From assembly GCF_046119375.1 (NCBI RefSeq), contig NW_027362762.1, forward strand, positions 816,540,001-816,604,000: DNA of 64,000 nucleotides, read 5' to 3'. Position 1 is the first letter of the stretch, and the number at the start of each line of letters is the position of its first letter. The translations under genes and the position numbers were made by a program. Below, one piece after another: positions 11,791 through 22,788 of the stretch. Source of the DNA: Phyllobates terribilis (Eukaryota). The notes under the pieces are model-generated. The model ran no database searches. It had not been told where the DNA came from and saw only the letters and a list, made by a program, of their open reading frames with translations.

Positions 11791-13618
11791 TGTGTGTGTG
11801 TATATTGTATATACAGAGCTCCTGTGTATGTCACTGGTGATCACTGTATTACCTATACACTATATACAGAGCTCCTGCTTATAATGTCACTGGTGATCAC
11901 TATGTTACCTGTACACTGACACTATATACAGAGCTCCTGTGTATGTCGCTGGTGGTAACAACAGTGTTGTTAGCGTTGTGGTTTGTATAAATGATCAGTA
12001 TTGTAGTATTTGGTCACTTTGGGGTGGTAATGTGTGGTCTGGTCATGGTGTGGCCGTATTTATTCCGTGTATGTGGTATTATTCGGTCACTATGTTGTGG
12101 TAATATGTGATCTAGTCATGGTGTGGCGATATTTGTCCCTTTTGTATGTGGTATTATTGGTGTTGATATAGTGGACTGTGTTGTGTATGGCGGTCATTTT
12201 GTTCTCACTGATATTAGCTAGGAAAAGATTTTTTTCCATTAGGCCACAGCCCCACCATCAGTATTTGGTCAGTATTTTTTCTCAGGAGTGGCTGCCAAAA
12301 CAAGGAGTGCGTGATAAATGCAGGATGGGTGACTTGTTTCTATTATTCTCTTTCTCTGATTGTTCCTCACCTGGCTTTGGCTCCCACATCTGAGAAAAAA
12401 TACTGACCAAATACTGATAGTGGAGCCGTGGCCTTTGAGATTAAATACTTGGACCAGAGCGGCAGAGAAGCACTTACAGGGATTCTCTTGTGAAAACAAG
12501 TAATCACCTCTCCACAGGATCAGTGATAATATTGATTGGTGGGGGTCTGACTGCTGGCACAGAATCGGCAGAATGTGAAGCTTTTCTCCTCATTAGACTG
12601 GAGTGGCATGTGAGATGCGACCACTGATCCATTCATTCCCTCAGTGGCTGTGAGCGCTGCTCTTTTTTTGGAAGCGCCCAAGAGAATGAATAGAACTGTG
12701 GTCAGATGTTCCACCTGTCGCTGCATTTTAAAATGGGGATAAGTGTCCTGTCAGGGATAAAACTTCTCCATTCTTCCGATAGTTGCTTTTTTCAATGTTT
12801 GGACTCAAACGATCAATAAGTGATCACCGATCCTGTGGATCCCATGGATCAGTGATAGTTTGCATTAAAGGGGTTCTTTGGTTAAAACAAGTTAAAGTAA
12901 TTGTACATCCCAGTTATAGTATGTGCACAGTAGATGTGCAGGAGCCTCCAGTCAATGCTCCACTATAACAGGGATAGCGGATAACAGATATTTGCATATT
13001 GCTGTAGGTGGGCCCCTAGAGTCAATTCCACTGTGGGCCCCAGACACCCCAGTCCGACCCTGGTGGGCACTATTATGTGAGGCACTAAGGGGAGCTCTGT
13101 TTTTGTACCACACAGCAGGTGCTATAATAAGGACACATTGACAGCAGCGTCTCAGTATTGGGGTATCAGCAGGATGAGGAGTTTGTATAGATTGGGAATA
13201 GATGGGGACGGTGCGGGAAATGTGAAAAGTCAAATGTGTTTTCATTGTATTCTCTGCAGATGAGTTGTGGCTGGAAGAAGTTGTCATGTCGGTCTGGGCT
13301 AGATGGAAAAGATGGGGAAAATGAACTACGCCACCAGATGGATCATCAGCTGTAAGTTACTATATATACCTGTACTGTAATTACTTGTATGGTCTGCAGG
13401 TCTGGTATTTACCACTATATGGTCACCATATCGTGGTAAGATTAGTGTTGGTCTTTGTATAGAAATTAATATTCAGTAAACAGTGTGTTCATCTGCTGAG
13501 GTTCCTCTATACCCAAGGTCAGGGTTCACCACTGTAGTTGTACCCACAGTTACCTAGTTAGGGGCCCACTCAGATGTTTCGCCCCTTCCCCCAATTTGAA
13601 CACCTAGCTAGGCCTCTG

Positions 13619-15149
13619 AAAAGACGCATACTATCACATTCCTATTCACTCAATTTATTGGAAGGTTTGGAGTGGTCCAGGCAAGACAGATAATGCACAT
13701 CAATTCAATATCCTCCCGTTCGGGATAACATCGGCGCCACGAATCTTCATGAAGATTATGGCAGAAGTCATGGCTTACATCAGAGGTCAGAATATTTGCA
13801 TAATACCATACCTCGACGACTTCTTCTTTATGGTCCCCTCAATAACGTTACTCCAGGAACATTTACAGACAACAACCCATATCCTAACATCTCTTGGATG
13901 GCTAGTGAACTACCAACAGTCCAACAAAGTTCCATCCACGGCAAAGACGTTCCTAGGTGTTCTACTGGATTCTCCCAGTCAGACATCCTTTTTGCCCAAG
14001 CAAAAGCAGAATCCGTTAAGATCAAGGATTGGTGTACTATGTAGCAAAATATCGATGTCTGTGAGGTTTGCTATGTCAGTCCTCGGCTCCATGACATCTT
14101 GCATCCAGACGGTAGCTTGGGCCAAAGCACACACCAGAACCCTCCAGACCCATATTCTTGCAAATTGGAATTGATTCCAAGAATCCCTGGACAATAAAAT
14201 TCCAATACCTGCCCTGGTAAAAGCCTCTCTATCCTGGTGGCTCAGCCCAAGGAACCTACACAGGCGAGTCCCCTGGATCCAGGACCCCCTGATGACAATA
14301 AAGGTATACACCAGCAAAAGAGGATGGGGAGCCATCGTCTCCCAAAACTCCTTCCAGGGACTCTGGTCAAAAAATGTCAGCCAGCAGTCTTCCAATTTCA
14401 GGGAGCTGAAGGCGGTGGATGAAGTAGTCAGATCAGCAAAATCTCTGATCCAGAATGTCGATGTAAAAATCTACTCAGACAACAAAACTATGGTCACGCA
14501 CCTATGTCATCAAGGAAGCATGAGACACAAAGGCATGAAGACTATCTCTGCAAGAATATTCTCCTGGGCCAAAGAGCATCTTCTCTCCTTATCAGCCCTC
14601 TATATAAAAGGTTCTGTCAACATCCAGGCCGATTTCCTGAGCAGGAGAGATATTAATCCGGGAGAATGGAGCCTAAATCCAGAAGTCTTTGGGATATTGA
14701 CCAGAAGGTGGGGTTGCCCAGAGGTAGATCTCTTCTGGATAGGATGCCAGAACGCAAAAGTAGCCAAGTACTTTTCCTTAAACCCAGACGATACCTGTCT
14801 AGGCGTGGACGCGTTCTCCCACCAATGGAAATTCAAACTGGCATACACCTCCCCTCCGGTTCCCATTCTACCAAGAACACGGCAAACAATAAGAACAGAG
14901 AGGGCTAGAGTAATCCTGATTGCACTATTCTGGCTGAAAAGAAACTGGTTTGGCATCTTAAGCAACCTGATTAAAGATAGTCCCCTGTTCCTTCCACCAG
15001 AGACCTCCTTCACTAAGGGCCAATTTACCATCCAGACCTCGAATTTACACCTGGATTCTGAATTCTCAATATTAAAAACCCGGGGCCTCTCAGAGTCATT
15101 AAGACCCTTCAAAAAAGCAGGAAACCTTCGTATCATGGTGTGCGCCTGA
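13619..15149 (+). pseudogene. DIRS1 RT C-terminal part, RNase H and methyltransferase-like domain
   Basis: LPFGITSAPRIFMK, PYLDDF (catalytic YxDD), QSSNFRELKAV and IYSDN (RNase H), then PEVDLF...LGVDAFSHQW..AYTSPP...VILIALFW (DIRS1 MT-like domain). Several stops and frameshifts. Confidence 0.9.
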
Positions 15150-15195
15150 ACATCCAGATCTTCGGCAACCAATCATTGCCCAAATCCTTGATTTT

Positions 15196-16050
15196 TTGCA
15201 GGATGGGCTTGAAAAAGGTCGCAAACCCAGTACCCTCAAGGTCCAGGTGGCAGCAAAAAGTTTTTATTTTGACCAGAGCCTGCCTGAATATCATTGGGTG
15301 AAGAGATTCATTACAGTAGCTTCCCATTTTCATCCTAGAATGCTCAATTTAGTCACCTCGTGGGACTTTAATATCGTCCATAAGAGGCTGACACTTCCAC
15401 CATTTGAGCCCTTATCATCAATAAAACCAGACAGACTGTTGTGGAAGAAAGCCTTAGTTGTAGCAATCACTACAGCCAGAAGGGTTAGTGAACTGCAGAC
15501 TCTCCTAATTAATGAGCCATACTTGAGAATCCTGGAAGACCGACTTATTTTTCGTCTCGACCCATCATTTCACCCTAAGGTAGTCTCAGAGTTCCACAAA
15601 TCTCAAGAGATAATTCTTCCCTCATTGTGCCAAAATCCAGCAAACAAGAGGGAGGAAGAATTCCACACTCTGGACGTAAGAAGAGTGGCCTTTCATTACC
15701 TCCAAGAAACACAGATGTGGAGGAAAGACCAAAATCTGTTTATCCAACTTCATGGCCAAAATAAGGGGAAGAAGACTTCCAAAGCTACGATTGTCATATG
15801 GATCAAAAGACCGATTACTGAAGCATACCAGATTCAGAACCTCTTGCCTCCAAAGAAATTCACGGCTCACTCCACTAGAGCAGTATCTGTCTCCTGGGTT
15901 GAGAAAGCCAGCGCTTCAATCGAGCAGGTCTACAGAGCTGCTACCTGGTCCTCGATCCATATCTTCTCCAAACATTACAGACGTAACTTAGCGTCTGTTA
16001 GAGATTTGTCCTTTGGGAGAAAAGTTCTACGGGCTATTGTCCCTCCCTAG
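15196..16050 (+). CDS. DIRS1 tyrosine recombinase (C-terminal 284 aa open)
   Basis: TARRVSELQTL (catalytic R), AHSTRAVS (HxxR) and ATWSS...FSKHYR (catalytic Y). Confidence 0.9.
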   Translation: MQDGLEKGRKPSTLKVQVAAKSFYFDQSLPEYHWVKRFITVASHFHPRMLNLVTSWDFNIVHKRLTLPPFEPLSSIKPDRLLWKKALVVAITTARRVSELQTLLINEPYLRILEDRLIFRLDPSFHPKVVSEFHKSQEIILPSLCQNPANKREEEFHTLDVRRVAFHYLQETQMWRKDQNLFIQLHGQNKGKKTSKATIVIWIKRPITEAYQIQNLLPPKKFTAHSTRAVSVSWVEKASASIEQVYRAATWSSIHIFSKHYRRNLASVRDLSFGRKVLRAIVPP

Positions 16051-16759
16051 ACGTTACTCTTTGGTATTCCTCAGGTGTGCTGTCATGGGGGGTTATTAGA
16101 AAAAATTGAATTCGACTTACTCCGTAATCCGGTTTCTAATAACCCACCATGACAGCATGGGTAATTCCCTCCCTTTGCTCAATTATTTCTTATATTTTCG
16201 AATCAAGTGATAATAAATATAATAAATATAATTTGAAGCATTCATATTCTTGTGGTCCTTTGTAATAAAACTGGATGGAGGATGTGGGAGGCACTATTTG
16301 ACTCTTTGTGTTTCCTGTCCCTACTAGGGTCCAGTTACATCCTCCAGTGTGCTGTTGTGGTGGGTTATTAGAAACTGAATTGCCGGTAAGTCTAATTCTA
16401 CTTTTATCTGCCTCCAGATATGAGTTGCATGTTGAGATCCGAAAAAGTAAGAGTTAAAAAAAATATCTCCTGAAATCCCTTTCTCCTCTGGTATATGTAT
16501 CTTGAGATTCATTTTTCCGCAAGGAAATTCTTTCAGACGATTCTGATTCAAATGATCTGGATCAATATTTTCTCCTGCACACATATAAGCTGTTAGATTT
16601 CATTATGGCAGTAAAAGGGAATGTGTCATGACAAAATGACCTATTGTTTAATGAGGACTTGTCAGTAGGCCAAAATTGGCTAGTGTTTGCTTGCATTTTA
16701 TTCCAGTTGTTCCCCTTTGCATTCTAGATTTTTTTAAAAATGTTTAAAAATCCACCATA

Positions 16760-17880
16760 CACAGGCAAAGCTTCATGATATTGCCCACATGGCAATCTCT
16801 GGCTACCACTGCATCCAAGTAAAAGGCAGAACTCCTCACATCATAGCCTATGAGAGTGATGGTGTGAGGTCAATGAAGAGGTCTTCACAAAGGAAAATCA
16901 CACAGGTTATGCTGCTCGGGTTATGGTGTCAGGCGGCCTAATATATGGTAGCCAGACCCCGGTAGTCTTAATTCTAACTACACTAACTGTTCGATATTAC
17001 ATTGATTTGGTCATGGATCCAGTGTTAAAGCCATTTCTCTCAGGAGCCATTTTTCAACAAGACAACACCAGACCGCATATTTCCCCTGCTACTGTGAGCA
17101 GCGAGGCGTAAATGGCCTAACATGGCCTGCATCGTCTCTCTGGTTTCCCATCAAGCACATCTGGAACATCATTAGTGAGCAATTTGCACAGGCTGCCAGC
17201 AGCGGATGTTGATGATTTTCCCAAATGCATCCAGTGTGGCACAAGGTTCCTCAGACAGCCATTTAAAGGGGTTGCCCACTAATTTCATATTAATGCCCTA
17301 TCTATAGGATAGGGCATCAATCTATAGGCTAGGGTATCAATGTATGATCGGCCGGGGTCCCGCACGCGGCACTCTCGCTGATCAGCTGTTATTGGTGCCG
17401 GCAGCTGCCGGCCAGAAGTCCTTAACTGCGGAGCTTGGCTGTCAAGTTGTAGTGGCTGGCGCTTGTTACTGCACATCCGCCTTCCATTCAATTGAATGGG
17501 AGGCTGATGTGCAGTACCCCGCGGCGGCCACTACAGATGGATGGCCAAGCACCGCAGGTAAGGACTTCCGGCCGACTGCCGCCGCTGGCACCGATAACAG
17601 CTGATCGGCAGGGGTGCCACCGTTGGGACCCCGGCTAATTATACATTGATGCCCTATTTATAGGATAGGGTATCAATGTGAAAGTAGTGGACAACTTCTT
17701 TAATAACCTCATTGACAGTGGCCAAGGGGTATAAGTGTGGGGATTTCTGCACTTGCTCATACTCTGTGCTGAGTAGATCACAATGTATTGAAATTTTGTT
17801 TCTATCCATCCTGTGATTTCTATAACTTTTTAGGACTTTTCCTTATTGGTGTAGTAATTTCAATGTTAAGGAGTATATTT
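16760..17880 (+). mobile_element. Highly decayed Tc1 element, interrupted by a MITE
   Basis: VMVSGGLIY...AIFQQDNTRPH transposase motif at 16923-17111. Confidence 0.6.
17267..17699. mobile_element. T2/Kolobok-type MITE
   Basis: TTAA on both flanks, termini AGGGGTTGCCCACT / AGTGGACAACTTCT, long internal inverted arms. Confidence 0.8.
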
Positions 17881-18060
17881 TTTAAAAATAATATTATTTT
17901 ACAAGTGATTTGTTCACTGTTTTCATAAGACATTTCTATAATTTCTTCTATGTTCCCATCATAAATCTACCACCCACCATGGACCAAACCTCCAGAATCC
18001 ACTGACCACCAGAATCTATAATATAACCTGGGATGTAGGTCTCTGTCCGAAGCCTCGATA

Positions 18061-18127
18061 GACTGCGCATGCGTGACGCGCAGTCTGGCTCCAGACAGAA
18101 GAACACATCCAGCCGTTACAGGTAAGA
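18061..18127 (+). promoter_or_regulatory. Possible CpG promoter element and first-exon donor
   Basis: NRF1-like TGCGCATGCG next to TGACG, followed by CAG|GTAAGA at 18121/18122. Could be TE-derived. Confidence 0.3.
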
Positions 18128-18489
18128 GGAGGAGTATGGTGTCGAAGATTGCAGTATGCGTAGGCACTGAACGCATACTGCGATCTCCGGCGCCATACTT
18201 ACATACTTACCTGACCGGGAAGAGCGTTGCCGCGGCGCCTCTCTTCAGCGGAGACCGGGGGCGGAGTGAGACGTCGGATCGGCGCGTGCGCACAGCGCTA
18301 TCCGGCGCCATTTTACTGAAGACACATTTACAGTGTGTCTTTAGCAAAATGGTGCCGGACAGCGCGGTGCTCTGTCGCCGCACTCCTCCCCCGGCCTTCG
18401 GCAGAACAAGACGCTGCAGCGCTGGAGTACAGAGAAGAAAGGTGAGTATAACTGTTTATTTTTTTGGAGATGTGTGTATAGTGGGGGGG

Positions 18490-19470
18490 TGAGGGGTGCC
18501 ACGCCTACTGGGATTAGGGGAGCCATGCATGCCAGAATAGGGATGAGGGGTGCCACGCATACCGGGATTGGGGATGAGGGGTGACACGCATACCAGGATT
18601 GGGAATAAGGGGTGCCATGCATACCAGGATTGGGGATGAGGGGTGCGATGCATACCAGAATAGGGATGAGGGGTGCCACGCATACCAGGATTGGGGATGA
18701 GGGGTGCCACACATACCAGGATTGGGGATGAGGGGTGCCACGCATACCAGGATTGGGGATGAGGGCTGCCACGCATACCAGGATTGGGGATGAGGGGTGC
18801 CACGCATATCAAAATAGGGATGAGGGGTGACACGCATACCGGGATTGGGGATGAGGGGTGACACGCATACCGGGATTGGGGATGAGGGGTGACACGCATA
18901 CCGGGATTGGGGATGAGGGGTGACACGCATACCGGGATTGGGGATGAGGGGTGACACGCATACCGGGATTGGGGATGATGGGTGCCACGCATACCGGGAT
19001 TGAGGATGAGGGGTGCCACGCATACCAGGATTGGGGATGAGGGGTGCCACGCATACCAGGATTGGGGATGAGGGGTGCCACGCATATCAAAATAGGGATG
19101 AGGGGTGACACGCATACCAGGATTGGGGATGAGGGGTGACACGCATACCGGGATTGGGGATGAGGGGTGACACGCATACCGGGATTGGGGATGATGGGTG
19201 CCACGCATACCGGTATTGAGGATGAGGGGTGCCACGCATACCGGGATTGGAGATGAGGGGTGCCACGCATACCAGGATTGGGGATGAGGGGTGCCACGCA
19301 TAATGGGATTGGGGATGAGGGGTGCCACACATACCGGGACTGGGGATGAGGGGTGCCACGCATACCAGGATTGGGGATGAGGGGAGCCACGCATAACGGG
19401 ATTGGGGATGAGGGGTGCCACGCATACCGGGATTGGGGATGAGGGGTGCCACACATACCGGGATAGGATG
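18490..19470. repeat. 30-bp G-rich minisatellite
   Basis: About 30 tandem copies of GGGGTGCCACGCATACCAGGATTGGGGATGA. Confidence 0.95.
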
Positions 19471-19539
19471 GTGGGGGCAGCACAAATACCAGGAGGGGGG
19501 CAGCACATACCAACATGGTAGACCATATACCAATAAAAA

Positions 19540-19578
19540 TGCTCGCCACCCGGGCGTAGAGCGGGTTCAATAGTTAGT
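19540..19578 (+). mobile_element. Helitron-like 3' terminus closing the minisatellite-bearing element
   Basis: GC hairpin ACCCG...CGGGT followed by TTAGT (degenerate CTAG|T). 5' end not located. Confidence 0.45.
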
Positions 19579-21359
19579 AAATAATATATTCAGCTGCACA
19601 ACTGTCCATAGCGAGCCTTAGTAAAGTTAGTCCTTGTGTTATTTCTCCATTTCACAGCAGATGTGATATTCTTCAGAGGGTAGGATACATAATGGTTTGC
19701 AAAAGTAAAACCTTCCTGGCTCTCCTGTTCTAGCATCCACAAAAAGTGATTCTACAATATTTTGTTTTATGGTTTGTTTTAAGTGTTAGCATCAGATTTT
19801 ACAAAAATGTATTTGAAAAAGGATTAAATAAAAGTAGTTAAAGTGGATCTACCACCAATATTCAAGATTACAATCTGAATACATTATCTTAGACTTTGAA
19901 AATGAAGTTTTTGTGTTGCAAATTATATCAATGAACTTTTTCTTGCTTTTGGTGTTTTTTTTCTGGTCCATAATCCTGGGCACATGCCACTTGTTTGCTT
20001 TCAGGTTTATGGTCGTGGTGCCAATTCAGCTCACTACAATTATAACTTTACATTGTGGCATCCTGTTCCCACCATCTTTATCCTGCTAATGTACCTCCGT
20101 GTTATGTAAGGCTTTTCTCCATCTGTATCCACCCAATACATCTTGTACTGCAGTAATATATGCTATTCCCATTACATCCCCTTGCTCCAGGTTCACCTTT
20201 CCATATGTGATGGGCTGGAGGCTCCTGACATGGAGCACGGTGTGGAGCTACTGCGGGGTAAGTACAGAGACTATGGAACATGGCCGATCTCTACATGATC
20301 TGTGATATGCGGGGACATTAGTGGAGGTGACTACACTGGGGTAAAGAGCAGTCGCTGATGATGTTAGCCCTATCCCAAGTACAACATGTGATTGATGATC
20401 TGCTGCATATTGGGGCAGTGACATTAGTCTGGGAAAGCCATATGACAGATGGACAGAACATCACTGTCACAATGGGAAACAATCGGCAAAACTCCCCGCA
20501 AAACAAAAAATCAGATTAATTCCTTGGCCATTTGTAACATTCACTACTGCTGTCCAAAATTAAAATAATAGTCACAGCAGAGAGAACAGCATATAAAGAA
20601 GACAGACACAATGAATGGAGTTTATTAATCTTTATTCTTATCTATTATGAAATTTAGTATAATTTAATCATCCAGTGCCATTTATAGGATTTACTGCATA
20701 AAAAGGATGTGAACCAGAGGAAGGCAAAACAACCCCATGTGTGGGGAAAAATTCCTTCCTGACCCCAAGTCCTGGCGATCGGCTAATCCCTGGTTCACTG
20801 CAGTGTCAGCTCTCTATGGGCCCTATCACCGCTCTACATGGAATATTTATACATATCTAATACATATATTTCTATCTTATCTTTATACCTAGACTATTTA
20901 TAGCTTATGTCTAACTAAGGGCGCTGGTAGATTATCGGGAATTGGCGTTTTTAGGAACAGTCATTTTCCAAAAATTGTGTAGTGTAAACAGGCGCGATCA
21001 CCCGACAAACTAACAAAAGGTCGGCTGCTTAAAAATGATTAACACACAGTCACACATACATTCACACATATACACGCTGTGACACATACACATATATGCT
21101 ACATATCTGCAGATACACACGGCGACATTCGCATACATACATTCACTCACATATCTCACACTGAGACACATACATACTTAAAGTCATACAAACATATACA
21201 TTTAATCACACCCACAAAATACATACATGTAGACTAGGGAGCACGTATATACACACATAGTGATTCATTTACACACATTAACATAGATTGATACAAACGG
21301 ACATATGTATGTTTCATTTTCATGTAAATACATATATATATTTACATATGTATATATGA

Positions 21360-22735
21360 AACAAGAAAAATGGAGGCAGCACACCAGGTGAAAAAAGTGC
21401 TATTTATTAGCTCATAATGGTGACATTTCGGTTCTAAATGAGAACCTTTCTCAAGCAGTACAGAAGTGCATGTGCATACCTTATGGAGAACGTCAATTAC
21501 AAAAAGTGTTTAACAATAATTACACAAAAAAGAGCATATCCCATCATATATAGTAAGATATACATACAGTGAATGACAATTCATAATGATGACATTGGAA
21601 TAAAGTGTTTTTCTATTCTGGTCATCATAATGCAATGTAAATAATACATGAAAAAGATTAAATATTAATTTATAGCTGTATATGACTAATCATGCCATAA
21701 CTCACTCCATTGTATTTTGAAAACCGCGCCAATATCAGCGTCCTGCTACATTTAATGCGCAAGTCAAAAAGAAGAAAGGAAGGACATAAGCGGCATTTCA
21801 TGCATGCGCAAAGATGCTATGAGGTTTCCAGCACCATCTTGGTAAAGGAGAATCAAACCATCATCTGCACATGCGTCAGAGTATCCTGAAGTTACGGCAG
21901 TATAGCCGGCTGACCAGTGATACAAGACAGAAAGCCTGCATGCACCCTAAAATGTGGGATCGCACCAGCTGCATTTTGGCCAAGGGATTTGAATTAAAAT
22001 GTGCCAGAAAAGTAACATTAAATCATTAAAGAGAAAATATAATATGCAAGGAGGACTTTATACATATTTATTTAATATCCCCAAAAATGGCACAGGACTT
22101 AATCCAAACGGAAAACACCCCCAGATGCAGGGACTCGAACATAATATACGAGTACACCAAAGCTACTCGATAAGCACCTGAGCATGCTTAGTTAAAGGGT
22201 TAAACTAGCACGCTCACTCATCACTATTCCTCATTCATGACTTAATGTTACTTTTCTGGCACATATTAATTCAAATCCCTTGTTCAAAATGGAGCTGGTG
22301 CGATCCCGCACTTTTAGGGTGCATGCAGGCTTTCTGTCTTGATGTCGATATTGGCGCTGTTTTCAAAATACAATGGGGTGATGATGGCTTGATTAGTCAT
22401 ATACAGCTGTTTCTTAATTTATATTTAATCTTTTTCATGTATTATTTACATTGTTTTTCTATTCTGGTCATCATAATGCACTTTATTCCAAGGTCATCAT
22501 TATGAATTGTCACTCACTGAATGTATATCTTACTATAAATTATGGGATATGCTTTTTTTTGTGTAATTATTGTTAAACACTTTTTGTAATTGATGTTCTC
22601 CATAAGGTATGCACATGCACTTCTGTACTGCTTGAGAAAGGTTCTCACTTAGAACCGAAACGTCACCATTATGGGCTAATAAATAGCACTTTTTTCACTT
22701 TTTCATCTGGTGTGCTGCCTCCATGTTTTGTTAGT
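21360..22735. repeat. Long inverted repeat of a Penelope-like terminal fragment
   Basis: Arm 21360-22030 is the reverse complement of 22245-22735, which has an internal deletion. Each arm has a hammerhead-like CTTGAGAAA-stem-GAAA motif. Confidence 0.7.
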
Positions 22736-22788
22736 GTTGATATATATGTCTATATATATATATATATATATATACACATACACACATA

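Larger units (their letters stand above)
9772..13062. mobile_element. Non-autonomous hAT-type element nested in 6823-13618
   Basis: TIR CAGGGTCGGACTGGG / CCCAGTCCGACCCTG and a perfect 8-bp TSD GTGGGCAC (9764-9771, 13063-13070). Confidence 0.9.
6823..13618. mobile_element. Composite non-autonomous hAT-type element (6.8 kb including nested inserts)
   Basis: Termini CAGTAGCGTAGCTA / TAGCTAGGCCTCTG and an 8-bp TSD with one mismatch (ACAAGACG 6815-6822, AAAAGACG 13619-13626). Removing it restores the DIRS RT frame. Confidence 0.85.
3355..16405 (+). mobile_element. DIRS1-type tyrosine-recombinase retrotransposon, decayed and interrupted by nested insertions
   Basis: Inverted terminal repeats (about 3355-3470 vs 16270-16375), an internal complementary region at about 16070-16170, T-run ends without TSD, and gag-like, RT/RNase H, methyltransferase-like and YR coding fragments in the canonical order. 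Confidence 0.95.

Noticed and set aside
18341-19570. Long ORFs up to 356 aa (and similar ones at 9876-11075, 41463-41982, 49292-49851, 4270-4840)
   Set aside because: Translations of tandem minisatellites; periodic peptides in several frames with no domain content.
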